From Klebsormidium nitens (taxonomy: Eukaryota > Plantae > Klebsormidiophyceae), in assembly GCA_000708835.1 (NCBI GenBank), contig DF237095.1, positions 1 to 64,000 of the forward strand: a DNA stretch of 64,000 nucleotides, written 5' to 3'. The position numbers and the translations under genes are program-made. Shown piece by piece: positions 25,101 to 37,151 of the stretch (positions are counted from its first letter, which is position 1; each line of letters begins with the position of its first letter). A model generated the notes under the pieces. That model did not search any database and was not told where the DNA came from. It was given only the letters and a program-made list of their open reading frames with translations.

Positions 25101-28100
25101 AACATCGGATGCAATGAGGTGCGGCGTCCTTCTGGCGTTCTGCCACATCTACAACGAGACGGCGAAGTGGGGCGCTGGTCGCTCTTTTGACCTGTAGGCA
25201 AAAGGTAACGTGGAAGTGGGAGACGTGCTACAGAGCGGGTTTGTTCTGCAGTCGCCAAAGCAATATATTGCTTGAGTTGTGCTAGATCCACAAAGGAACT
25301 GGGAGAGGAACGTGAGGCATTCCGTCTGCGGAAAAACGGTGAATTCCAGTTGGATTCGCTTGGGGGATGGCACCCTCTTTACCTAGGACTGAAGAGAGAC
25401 TTCGCCAGAGCGGAGACCGCAATCTGTTCTCGTCCTTCAACGTCACGCGGACTCCATGCATCTCTTTCTGCAGACTTCATCGCCTTTTTCCTGCTTACGG
25501 CACCATTCTTCTCCTCTCCAGATCAGCGGCCTGCTCTGGGCTGAGATCACGGGCGTTCCGCTAGGTCTGCGCAAGAGCCGCTCCTCTAACACTAAGCGGG
25601 GCGCCGCTGACGTCAATCTAACACGCCTCTTCTTCTTTGCAGACGTCATCCCCGTCTCCCTTCAGATTAGCGACCTGCTCTGGGCTGAGATCACGGGCGT
25701 TCCGCTAGGTCTGCGCAGGAGCCGCTCTTCTAACACTAAGCGCGGCGCCGCTGACATGATTCTAACACGCCTCTTCTTCTTTGCTGACGTCATCCCCGTC
25801 TCCCTTCAGATTAGCGACCTGCTCTGCGCCGAGATCTACGGGCGCCCCGCTGCGCCTGCGCGAGACCCGCTCCTCCGGCACTGTGCCCCGGCGCCGCTGA
25901 CGTCGATATAACGCCTTCTTCCAACCGCCCTTCCTTGCTGACGTCACACCTATTCCCCTCCAGATAAGCGACCTTCTGTGCGCCAAGATCACGGGCGCCC
26001 CTCTGCGCCTGCGCGAGACCCGCTCCTTCGGCACTGTGCCCCGGCGCCGCTGACGTCGATATGACGCCTTCTTCCACCCGCCCTTCCTTGCTGACGTCAC
26101 ACCTGTTCCCCTTCAGATAAGCGATCTTCTCTGCGGCGAGATCACGGGCGCCCCGTTGCGCCTGCGCGAGACCCGCTCCTCGGAAACAGTGCGCGGCGCG
26201 GCGTGTGACGTGGAGGGGCTGACGTGGCTCACGTGCGGCAGCCCCACCGAGCTGCTGCAGCACTTCAACCGGGGCAAGCAGGGGCTGCACTACGCGGAGA
26301 CGAAGCTCAACCGGCACTCGTCGCGCGCGCATGCGGTGTTGCAGATCCGGGTGAGCGGGCAATCGTTTAGAAATTTGCGTTGTCACGATTTCAGGGTTGG
26401 GGCTTTTGAGATTTTGGGGCTTTAGGTGCGAGAGTCCAACCGGGGCAAGGAGGGGCTGCACTATGCGGAGACCAAGCTCGGCTGGCATCCTTCGCGCGCG
26501 CATGCTGTATTGTAGATCCGGGTGAGCGGGCAACCGCTTAATGATTTCGCAGATTCACGGTTCTACGTTTGGTGCTTTTGAGATTTTGGGGCTTTTGATG
26601 CGAGAGTTCAACCGGGGGAAGCAGGGGCTACACTACGTGGAGATCAAGCTCAACCGGCACTCCCCGCGTGCACATGCGGTCTTGCAGATTCGGCTGAGCG
26701 GGCCTCCTTTTGGATTTTTGACATTCTGGGATCCTTGGGCGTTTGGGGTCGGAGGATTCTGAGGCTTTGGGTACCGATGCTCAACCGGCACTTCGAGTCG
26801 CGTGAGCACGCGATGCTGCAGATTCCAGTAAGCGAGCAATAGACTTAGAGTTTGGGACTTCCGGGCTTCGAATGTGAGGATATGAAACTCTGTTTGGAAA
26901 TTCACGGGCGGACAAAGGGGCTGCCACATGCAGAGACGAAAGCAAAACCGGCACTCGTCGCGCACCGCACGCGATATTGCAAATTCGGGTGAGCGGACGT
27001 TTCGGAACCCCACGTTCTGCTCAACGCGAGCTTACGTCATTACAGAGTAGTCCATTAACTGAAATGAGATAAATATCCCAGGGCATGTTCCGTTCACCAA
27101 ACGGTCTTCCGTCCGGTCTGCAGGTCGTGCGGAAAGCCGCGGTCGAGGCGATCGGTGGGGAGCTCTCGTCGCAGCGTCAGCGAGTTGACGGGAAGGTGAG
27201 ACGCAAAGCACGTTTGCAAGTCGTTTTACAATGAAAGTGTTAAGAAAACAGTTGACTTGGTTCGAGCACTTCTGTTGCCAATGCTTGCAGTCTACCACAG
27301 TCGAAGTCTTCTTCTATAGAGACCGTTTCAAAGATAGCCGACTTGGTCTCCGATCACTCAGGATGCCATGTGCTGGCAATGTGCTACCAGGCAAGAGCCC
27401 GAAGTCACGTGAGGGCCGTAAACATAACTTCAGCGGAGGAACGAAGCGGAGCTCTCTCTTTATTCTCACTTGAGGTGCGTGGTGCGCACTAGAGTATTCT
27501 CTTTGAGAGTGTACTTAGGAACCAAAAACCGGCTTCTGCTCTATTACACGCGGTTATACTCAACACGTTTCGCGTGCCCATCCATGTAGCTAGCTTAACT
27601 CCTCCTTGGTCGAGTGCGAGTTGTGTACTATAGGTGCTTTGATGGACATGGTTGGCAGCTTGCTCAGACCCCCATGTCAAAACGCACTTGACCTTAACCG
27701 CCCCGAAGACTCATCACACCCCCATTACTTTTGAACGTAAATGCAACCCCCTACCGCAGGGGGGAGTGCGGGGTGCGCAGCGCGCAGATGCTGGTGGTGG
27801 ACATGGCGGGCAGCTTTTCAAGCGCCCCCGGTCAGAACCCACTCACTCACTCCCCCCCAAGCCAGATTATNNNNNNNNNNNNNNNNNNNNNNNNNNNNNN
27901 NNNNNNNNNNNNNNNNNNNNNNNNNNNNNNNNNNNNNNNNNNNNNNNNNNNNNNNNNNNNNNNNNNNNNNNNNNNNNNNNNNNNNNNNNNNNNNNNNNNN
28001 NNNNNNNNNNNNNNNNNNNNNNNNNNNNNNNNNNNNNNNNNNNNNNNNNNNNNNNNNNNNNNNNNNNNNNNNNNNNNNNNNNNNNNNNNNNNNNNNNNNN

Positions 28101-31100
28101 NNNNNNNNNNNNNNNNNNNNNNNNNNNNNNNNNNNNNNNNNNNNNNNNNNNNNNNNNNNNNNNNNNNNNNNNNNNNNNNNNNNNNNNNNNNNNNNNNNNN
28201 NNNNNNNNNNNNNNNNNNNNNNNNNNNNNNNNNNNNNNNNNNNNNNNNNNNNNNNNNNNNNNNNNNNNNNNNNNNNNNNNNNNNNNNNNNNNNNNNNNNN
28301 NNNNNNNNNNNNNNNNNNNNNNNNNNNNNNNNNNNNNNNNNNNNNNNNNNNNNNNNNNNNNNNNNNNNNNNNNNNNNNNNNNNNNNNNNNNNNNNNNNNN
28401 NNNNNNNNNNNNNNNNNNNNNNNNNNNNNNNNNNNNNNNNNNNNNNNNNNNNNNNNNNNNNNNNNNNNNNNNNNNNNNNNNNNNNNNNNNNNNNNNNNNN
28501 NNNNNNNNNNNNNNNNNNNNNNNNNNNNNNNNNNNNNNNNNNNNNNNNNNNNNNNNNNNNNNNNNNNNNNNNNNNNNNNNNNNNNNNNNNNNNNNNNNNN
28601 NNNNNNNNNNNNNNNNNNNNNNNNNNNNNNNNNNNNNNNNNNNNNNNNNNNNNNNNNNNNNNNNNNNNNNNNNNNNNNNNNNNNNNNNNNNNNNNNNNNN
28701 NNNNNNNNNNNNNNNNNNNNNNNNNNNNCTGTGCCCCTGTTTTCACCCCCGTACCACAGGTGGAATGCGAGGTGCGCAGCGCGCAGCTGTTGGTGGTGGA
28801 AATGGCCGGGCAGCTTTGCCGGCCGCAGTAGATTCCTCTCACCCCCTTCCAAAACCAACTTGTAAAACCCCCCAGATTCAAATCTTCGGACACCCCCCCT
28901 AATTTTCGACGGTTTTTTACCCCCCTATCACAGGTGGAGTGCGAGGTGCGCAGCGCGCAGCTGCTGGTGGTGGACATGGCGGGCAGCGAGCGCGTGAAGC
29001 GCGCGGGCAGCGAGGGCCTGCGCATGAAGGAGGCCATGAACATCAACACCTCGCTGCTCTGCTTTGGCAACGTGGTGAGAATGCGCACCCGATTCGGCAG
29101 CTGTGGTAAAGCGCGAACCCAGACTTCCAGTTCTTGATGTAGTCTTGCACCAACACACCTTCTTGCTCTAGTTCAAAATGTGGGTATCTGGTTCCGTCTC
29201 AGCGGCTGACGAGTAACAGAACTCAATTCGTCCTCTGGTTCTCTCATCAGTACCTCCCGCTCGTTACGTTCGGCTCTGCAAATCAAGTGCGCACTGAAAG
29301 GCGATGAAAATCCTTTGGGGAGCGCACTATGCGGCAAGCAAGAATCGAGGCTGGTCACACATCCGACGTTATACTTTCAGAAGAAAATCTCCTCAGTTTC
29401 TGACCAAGTTTGGGCAACTGGTGACGAAATTTTGCACGCATCGCACCCGTTGGACAGATTTGTCCTACCAAATTTTAGGAGAATTGCTTCCGTTTGGAGG
29501 TTAGGCAGAAGGACTTCCTCTTTGAATCTGGTAGGCCGGTCTCGGAAGCATAGTGGCGCGCGGCTTCTCTCAGAGCCGTTCATACATTTGAAACCGTTTC
29601 ACAGTCCAACTTATAGGACGGATGTGATTTGCTCTGTCGCAGGTGAGCGCCCTGGCGGCACGTCAGAAGCACGTGCCCTTCCGGGACTCCAAGCTCACCC
29701 GCCTCCTGGTAAGCGTTTTGCTCCCAAGAATCAAAGCAAATGAAAGCGGACCGTACTTTGCTCTCAGTATTCAGAGGGTTTGCCTGGTTGTACGTTGTCG
29801 TTATGCGCCTCCTTTTCGCCAAAACTCGACCGCCTTGCATGCTTTTCAGCCGAGCTTCCCGCTGTGCCCGACTTCTTTCCTCTACTTACGTCCTTCAAAT
29901 CTTTTTGAGCTTCTTCTCCGTTCAAACCTCTGAAAATACTCAACTTTGCTGTCTTTGTCAGATCTAAAAAGCAGATTTGTAGAACGTAACGGATACAGCG
30001 TTTTGCGAACAAACTCTGTGCTTACAAAGTTTGTTGTCCTCCTATTTCCTCAGGAGAAGTGCGTGGGCGGCCGTTGCCCGACCAGTCTTTTGGTGTCCAT
30101 CTTCTCGTCTTGATCAAAAATCCCAAACCATTAGAAGCCACTGGACTCGGTCATTTCTCCGCTGATTGCACACTCTTCCACAAACAGGAAAAGTGTGGGC
30201 GGCCGTTGCCCGACCAGTCTTTTGGTGTGCGTCTCCCCGTCCTCGACTCTCCCAGATCCCACAATGCCAGTCGAATCGATTATCCCGCTGAATGTAGACT
30301 CATTCCTCCACAAACAGGAGAAGTGCGTGGGCGGCCGTTGCCCGACCAGTCTGCTGGTGTGCGTCTCCCCGTCCCTGGACGACGCCCCCGAGTCGCTTGG
30401 CAGCCTGGAGCTGGGCAGCCGGGCCATGGGCGTGCGGGTCGCGCCGGAACAGAACCGGGGCACCGTCTTCCTGGACGCGGAGGCGCTCGCGCAGGACCTC
30501 GCGCAGACGTTTCGGGTGAGTGGCTTTTGAATCTTTTACTAGCTACTTTGATGAGCTCTTTTGGTATTGTCAGACTCGTTGGCAGGAATCGGGGCACCGT
30601 CTTTTGGCCGCGGAGGCGCTCGCGCAGGACCGCGCGCAGACGTTTCGGGTGAGTGGCTTTTGAGTTTCTTACCAACTACTGTGATGAGATCTTTTGGTAT
30701 TGTCGGAGTCGCTGGCAGAACCGGGGCACCGTCTTTTTGGACGAGCAAACCCGTTCAACCCGTCTTTTTGGCGAGGCGCTCGCGCAGGACCTCGCGCAGA
30801 CGTTTCGATTGGGTGGGCTCAAAAGATCTGAGGGTCTGTTGTTTTGAATCATGACCACTCTAAGATCCTTGGGCAGAACCGGGGCACCGTTTTCCTGGAA
30901 GCGGAGGCGCTCGTGCAAAGCTTCAGAAACCCAAGCTTCACGTGAAACCAATGGCCGTCCTATGATCCTGAAATGAGTAGGCGCACCGGAACCTCTGCGC
31001 GAAAACTGGGACATTGGATCTGGCCTTATGGGTGTGTGGGCTTGTGGTTTCGTGACTTGCAGGAGCTGTGGGTGATTGATCACGTGCGTCGTGATTGAGG

Positions 31101-34100
31101 ATTCGACGTCTCAGGGAGACTCCTGAGGAATCGGAGTCTTTCAATGCTTCATTTCAATCGACTGCTTGTCAACGAAACGCCTGCGTCAATCTGTGCAGGA
31201 TTCCGCCATCTTTGCGAACAGCGAGCGCGTGGCGGTGCTGGAAGGCCAGCTCAAGGAAGGCCACAAGGTGACGTTCCTGATGATCTCGTTCCGCTCGCCT
31301 TCGCCCTCTTCCGCCAGCGGACTGCGGCTTGTGCTTCCGCTTGATTGGATTCGTTGGTTGTGAGTGTTTTCGCTTGCCTTCTTTCCTCGAGCGGGAAACC
31401 TTGCTCATGAACACATATCCAAAGCTCACGTTATCTGCTTCTTATGCGCACGGGCAAAGCTCAAGTTACTAAGACGCGCGCTTGAACGAGTGAAGCACGT
31501 CCTCGCAGGCGAGAGGCGAGGCAAATCTGGAGATCAAGAAATTCAAGTCGCTCATCAAGGTGAGGATCCCGTTGCGTACTCTTGTGGGGCACTTTCCGAC
31601 CACATCTAGCGCCGCGCCTTTTCATGCATAAAGGTCATTCGCGCACGATTTTGCTCGACCCCAGATTCGTTAGACTTTCAGGTTGAGGATTTTGAGATAG
31701 TAATGCATCTTGAGCTCATGCCGTTCATGCTTGAGCAGGTATTGTCCTCAACCACCCAGACTTATCTCGTACCATTTTTAGCATGATGCAACAGGGATCT
31801 TGAAAAGACTTAGCGTCTCTGGAACCCCTCAAAAACCTCTCATTACAAACTGGACTGCCAAAATCTGTATCAGGCGGAGCGTGAGAACGGAGTGGAACTG
31901 CGTGAGCGCGCGCGAAGGGCAGAGGAAGCGGAGGCGAAGATGGTGCGCTGTCTCCCCTCTTCACTCATTCCGATCCTCTGCCAAGCCGAGTTGGACGCAA
32001 CAGACAACATCTGCTCTGCATCCGGAATCAGGGGACTCAGAATGCTACTCCCACAATTGCCAGATGTCTGACACACCGATTTTACCCGACAGTTAAGATC
32101 CGAAGCATGTCACTTAACGGGAACGTTCAATCGTTTGCCATGCGTTTTGTCAATCGCAAGACTAAGAGTGGCCCGCTTTCATCTGTACACTGAAATTGCT
32201 AGCAATTGATGGGTTGACAATAGAGGGTGATAACAATAGGCTATCAATTATAGCTTTTTCGGTATATAGATAAAGTTGCAATAGATTGAGAGCACTTTAC
32301 ATTTCATAAGACTTTGGATTCTCGTTTCGTAATCATTTGAGAAGCTCTTGCGTGCAGAGCGAGCGCGCCAAGGTTCAGGAAGCGCGCGCAAAAGCCGCAG
32401 ATGCGCGAGCGCGAGAGGCCGAGGAGCGCGCCACTGTTGCCGAGCAACTGCAAGCGGCCGCGGAGAAGCGCACCACGGCCGCGGAGGAGCGCGCCACGGC
32501 CGCAGAAGCGCAGCTCCGGCGGCTAACTGAGACAGTGGAGCACTTGAGGCGCGCGCTGAGAGAAGAAGAGGGGCGCTGTGCGGAGTGGCAGGAAAGGTGG
32601 GTTAGAATTGCCGGCTCATTCTGCTTACGTCTTGCTTTTCCTCTACATCTTAAAACAGCGAAATTTGTTCCCGTGGCGACTATTTCTAAGATAATGCTGA
32701 TCGATGTGCGTCCCTCAACGTGGGCTGCGATGCTCACGTTGCACCTTCCACATGTTCTGTCGGAGCATATGTGAATCTCGTCGCTTTATAGAAGAGATCA
32801 AACATATCCTGCCCTTGTTGATCCACCCCAGTCGGCGCTTGTTCCGCGCAGTACAACCTGCCACTATAGCTATTCTAGGCTCTACCGGGTGTACTTACAA
32901 CGGCTAGTCGCGATCCCCGTTTACCAAACTCGTTCCTGTTACTAGACAACGGCTTACCAAACCTCAAAACAACGAGAAAAACCGCTGCAACACTGAAGTC
33001 CCAACGTGCAGGTATAACGCGATGGCCGAGACTGCGGCGCTGCATGCGAAGGAGGCGGAGGTCGCCCAGCAGGCTAGTACGAGCTCGGTAAGGACAAGGC
33101 AAAAGAGGGCGACCAGAAAGGACGCAGCATTTAAGGATCCACTTCTTAGCTTCGTCTTTCTCCAGACCCTCACCACGGTAGTTTTGGGAGACGCGGCAAA
33201 AGGGACAGCCTGTTCTTACAGGATGGTCCGGGACCGAATCGAATCGTGTTTTTTGTGTGTAAAGATGTGCCATGCGGTTTGATGGCAGTGACAATGCTTT
33301 ATGGTACCTAGAAAGCGAAGCGTGTACTTGAGACGAGGGCTTTTGCTAGCTAGTTTCCCTGCGAGCGTCGCCTAGTTATCTAGCTTTAGACCAGGTCCGG
33401 TATCAATTCTACAGGACGAACGGCGAGCCGCAGCGGAGACCCGATGCATAGCGGTGCAAGAAGAGAACCAGCGGCTGGAGAAGGTGAGGAGCGTGGAAAG
33501 GCCCACTGCGAAAGCGGCGGCCTTTACACTCATTGATTGAAACAAAAAAGAAAGCGGGGGCGTCCAACAGCTCAACCAAGGTAATCTCGCAAATCCGAAA
33601 GACTGTGTACGAAATGATGAGCCCGCGTATTGATGAGTCTTGTTCTCACCAGCCTCAGTATCTGCTTTATCCGTTTTAGTTTTTGCGAACAAAAATATTT
33701 AAGTTTCCGCACATGGAATTTGGCATAAGACCCACTTGTGATCTGCGTCAGCTCGTGAATGGTTGATCTCCTGGACTCAGTTTCAGACGGGCAACGTGCT
33801 CGGAAAGAAGAAAAGGCATGCCTTTATAGCTGTGTGAAACACAGCAGGGCACGCCAGTGCCTCCAACGCCTTAGCGGCTTTTGCTGGCTGTGCTGTGGCC
33901 GACCATCTCCGCCTCCAAAGGCTTTGCATAACAGAACTGATGTCGTCTTTGTGCCTTATTTGTTTCTGCAGTGGTGCACTGAGCTGGAGGCCGAAGTGGA
34001 CGCGAGTCGCATCGCGTGCGAGAAGGCGCAAGGCGAGGCGCAGGCCGCCGCCAAGAAAGAGGGAGAGTTGCAGGTGGGCCGTCGCTCGTTTTTTGCGAAC

Positions 34101-37100
34101 CTTTTCGGACGTCTCTTCAGTTCCGGGTAAAGTAAGCTCCAGATTGAAAAGATATTACATCAAACTGAAAACGTAGTCCTTGGAAACACCCCCTCCGCAC
34201 CCATTCCCATCCAAACGCCCAAAGTAAGTTTACCCGTCGCAGGCTGAGAAGCTGACTGTATTTTGGAGCTTACGATACCAAAATTGAAATTTTATCAAAG
34301 TTTTGGCGCCCCCGTTCCCGGATGACGTCGGAGCTTTAAATGCTTTCACAAAAATGTGCTGATCTTGATGAATTCGGCCGCGATCTGCTCCAAAGTCACA
34401 GGCCCCGGAGCGAATGAGCGAAAACCCGCTTGCTTAACAAACTGAATGACGATTGGTTCGGCCGAATAACGTTTTGAACCACTCGACCAACCTTGGAAGC
34501 TGCCTTCACTTCATCAATGATTGTCTGTTGACGGACAGAACGGTTGGCATAAACGCAAGCGCAGTCTGGGTTTGATCCGTCTTTCGTCCAGCTGCATGCA
34601 CAGAAAGCCATTACCATATCGTGCTCTCTTCCTTTTACTTCGTCACCTCATCGGACCCGTCAGCCTCTTCCAAATGTGGTCCTCAGACTCGGCGTAGCTT
34701 TCAGGAAGCGTTTCATCAAGCCCCTTCGTATCGCTCTAGTTCGACTAGCGGTTTCGTGTATCTGATCCCCGGGAGCGATCGTACAATTGACATTCCTTAC
34801 AGGCGCGCGTTCAGGAGCTGAGCGAAGCCTTCCGGACGTCCGAAGAGCTCAGTAACGACTGGAAGAGCAAGTCAAAGGCCCTCGAGAAGAAGGTGAGGTC
34901 CGCGCCCCTGGAAGAGATCAGCCCAAGACCGCCATTTGAAGAAGCGGGCGCCAAGCGCCAATGAGAAGCGCGGTTTTTGACCACTATGTCGCGATCTGAA
35001 ACGCTTTTGGCGTCAGATGTTTAGACTTCAACAATTTAAAACCGCGTTCGCAACAAGATTCCCGCTGCAAGGGTTGATTTTCGACAAGAAAGGTCGGAAC
35101 GTTAGAGGTGTGGACGCTCTCTACATCGTCACTCATATTGCGGGTTCAAAAATCGCACGCTTTGTATTCGCAGACGACGTCCCAGAATAAGCTTTTGTTT
35201 CGGTCTGAAAGCTACGCTCTTATAAAAAAGAGCTGCAAGACTTTGAAACTTCAAATTCCTTTTTTGACGAGATACATACATACATCACATTTTAAAGCCC
35301 GTACCGAAGCATGGGGCTTGATTGAGTACATGGGGTCAGGGCCGTGTTAAGATAAGATCCAATCCTGATTCCTCAGACGAAATTCGTGCCAGAAAAAAAT
35401 CGAGTTTTTGGGAACGGTTCGACTCGGCCGTCCACCGCAACAGACGGTGAAGTGCTAAACCCTTTCGCAAACCCCTCGCTCGCGCAGCTCGCGGCGTCGG
35501 AGAAGCGCGCGGCCGCGTTGGAGGCCGCGTCGAGTGACGCCGCGGAGTACGTCACGCGCGCGCACAAGCTGGAGGAGCAGACCACCGACCTGCGCGCCAG
35601 CCACGCGGGGGCGCTTCTGCAGGTAACGCCACCGTCTGTTTGGTCGCCCTCAGATTCGCGTTGGAGGGTCAAGACATGTAGTTGGAGGGTCAAGAAAGTT
35701 AGTCGCTTGCAACTGGGAACGGGTGGCCAATGGAAAATTCCAGCGGACTACAAAAGACCTCTCTTAGTGAATCCCTCGCATTAAGGGTTCAGGTCAATCT
35801 GGGGGTGTGCAGCGTGACTTCATCTCTCAGATTCGCAGTGCGGAGATGGGTCGAGGCCCCCCTTTCCGCTCTGTCAGAACCCTTATCGTGGGGAAGGTCG
35901 GTTCTTTGTGAGGGCTTCGAATCTTTCCACTGCCGCAATCGTCCGCGGAACTGATGGTTCTTATATCTCAACTCAATTCTTTCTCGGGGTGGCCTCTGAA
36001 AAGCCGGCAGACAACCAAGAAGAAATGTAGAAAAAGGTCGCAAGCCTTTCTTCCGCAATTATCCTGCGAACCGGATAAAAGATCGACATCTTTCATACGC
36101 TCAAGAAAGTAAGCGGAGGTGAATTGTGTGGACTCTTGTTTGAGAGGAGATTTGTGGGAGCAGATAGAATACGCAGGTCTGTAAACCTATCTTCGTTTCC
36201 ATCCAAGGTGGGCGTCGGAAGTCAGAGCTCGGGAAACAAACGCTTTTGGGTTTATGGTATTTCACACAGACCAGAAAGTACGACCAGTTTGGAGACGACG
36301 CAGCACCGTGAATTGCCAAAGTCGACGCGCACGTCCTATGCGCACTTATGAAAAAAAGCTGACTTTAGTCGATGACTGAAATGCGAAAAGTGTAGAATCC
36401 GTAGGCGGCTGTCTCCCACATCTCGGATTCTGCTTTTCTCCAGTTGGCCTCCAGCCAGGACCACGAGCTTGCGCTCCAAAAAGAGTTGGACGCATCGCAC
36501 GCGCGCGAGCAAGGCCTCAAAACCTCCCTCGACGAGGCACGTGCCGCAGCCGCGACCGCCGAAGCCGCCCACATGCTGACACGTGTCACCCAGGGGACGG
36601 TCTGCATTAAGTACGGGCGGAACGGGAAGCCGTACCGGCGCCTCGTGCGGCTGTGCAAGCTGGCCGAAAGCGCGTCGTCAGTCGTGCCCGGGGGGAATCC
36701 CCCGGTCACAAAGTGGGGCTTGGAGTGGGCCCCGGCTGGAACGTTCCGGGGCGCAATTTCACTGCAGGTAAGTTTCCACTCCGGTTTCTTCTTCGCCACC
36801 CCAGGAAGAGATTCAGCTGTGCCAGATACACAATTACAACTGGAGACCGCACTGAATTGGATAAATACAAGCTCGGTACTGCAACATGTGCCCAGCTTAA
36901 TACCCCCCACTAAAACAACCGATTCCCTGAGCACGTACTGTAACTCGTCTCAACCCAGCTGCGTGTATCTTCAGTTATCAAAACTACTTCTGCTGCAGGG
37001 GGCGTCTTTGTGTGCTGACCGGGGGACAAAGAACCGGGGCGAGGCGCAGGTGAACCTGGCGACGCAGGAGAGGGGGGTGCTGACGTTAGGGCTGCCCGGG

Positions 37101-37151
37101 GAAGGGGACCGGGCAGTGTGGCAGAAAGTGTTGCAGAGAGTGCTCGCCTGA
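22127..37151 (+). CDS. Divergent N-terminal-motor kinesin with coiled-coil stalk and C-terminal PH-like domain (~964 aa, 18 exons)
   Basis: Exons 22127-22660, 23003-23182, 24875-25039, 26117-26350, 28934-29074, 29643-29708, 30318-30515, 31199-31267, 31509-31559, 31874-31942, 32358-32596, 33012-33087, 33415-33483, 33972-34073, 34803-34892, 35488-35622, 36444-36767, 36999-37151. All are GT-AG and phase-consistent; total 2,895 nt. Motor motifs: [28 protein letters not shown]|TGSGKT (P-loop), QIYNE|, NRHSSRAH (switch I), [11 protein letters not shown] (switch II), [24 protein letters not shown]. The C-terminal [21 protein letters not shown]...W...LTL......[12 protein letters not shown] is PH-like. 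An exon hidden in the gap at 27871-28728 cannot be excluded. Confidence 0.9.
23580..24874 (+). repeat. ~125-bp tandem array of acceptor plus exon-3 start (P-loop TGSGKT copies) in kinesin intron 2
   Basis: The unit ggacgctttctgttgcag|accgggtccggcaagacccacagtttgctgaacccc (real copy at 24857) recurs at about 24731, 24601 and 24480, with more degraded copies near 24350, 24225, 23955 and 23840. Confidence 0.85.
25480..26116 (+). repeat. ~144-154-bp tandem array of acceptor plus exon-4 start in kinesin intron 3
   Basis: cag|atHagcgacctBctStg... copies with the CAG ending at 25521, 25665, 25809 and 25963; the real acceptor ends at 26116. A copy of the exon-3 end also sits at about 25133-25167. Confidence 0.9.
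26351..27000 (+). repeat. Tandem copies of the exon-4 end (switch I region) plus donor in kinesin intron 4
   Basis: caaccggggcaag...aagctcaaccggcactcgtcgcgcgcgcatgcggtgttgcagatccgg|gtgagcggg recurs ending near 26522, 26695, 26830 and 26990. Confidence 0.9.
27630..28933 (+). repeat. Copies of acceptor plus exon-5 start (LLVVDMAGS) flanking the assembly gap
   Basis: gtgcgcagcgcgcagMtgYtggtggtggaMatggc copies at about 27760-27810 and 28757-28815, and a degraded gatggacatggttggcagc at ~27640. The real exon starts at 28934. Confidence 0.8.
27871..28728. other. Assembly gap (N run)
   Basis: Continuous N. Confidence 1.
30040..30920 (+). repeat. Copies of both edges of kinesin exon 7 in introns 6 and 7
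   Basis: Exon start caggagaagtgcgtgggcggccgttgcccgaccagtct is copied at ~30052 and ~30184 (real at 30315; ~131-bp period). Exon end cggggcaccgtctt...gcggaggcgctcgcgcaggacctcgcgcagacgtttcgg|gtgagtggc is copied at about 30590-30655, 30720-30810 and 30880-30920. Confidence 0.9.

Noticed and set aside
24480-26116. Regularly spaced repeats with variable intervening sequence that superficially resemble a CRISPR array
   Set aside because: The units are copies of kinesin splice junctions, the intervening parts are also homologous, the context is eukaryotic and there are no cas genes.
25811-26533. 240-aa minus-strand ORF with internal repeats
   Set aside because: Antisense reading of the intronic echo array and kinesin exon 4.
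27652-29088. Long ORFs of 346-416 aa in the ORF track
   Set aside because: Artefacts of translating through the N gap.
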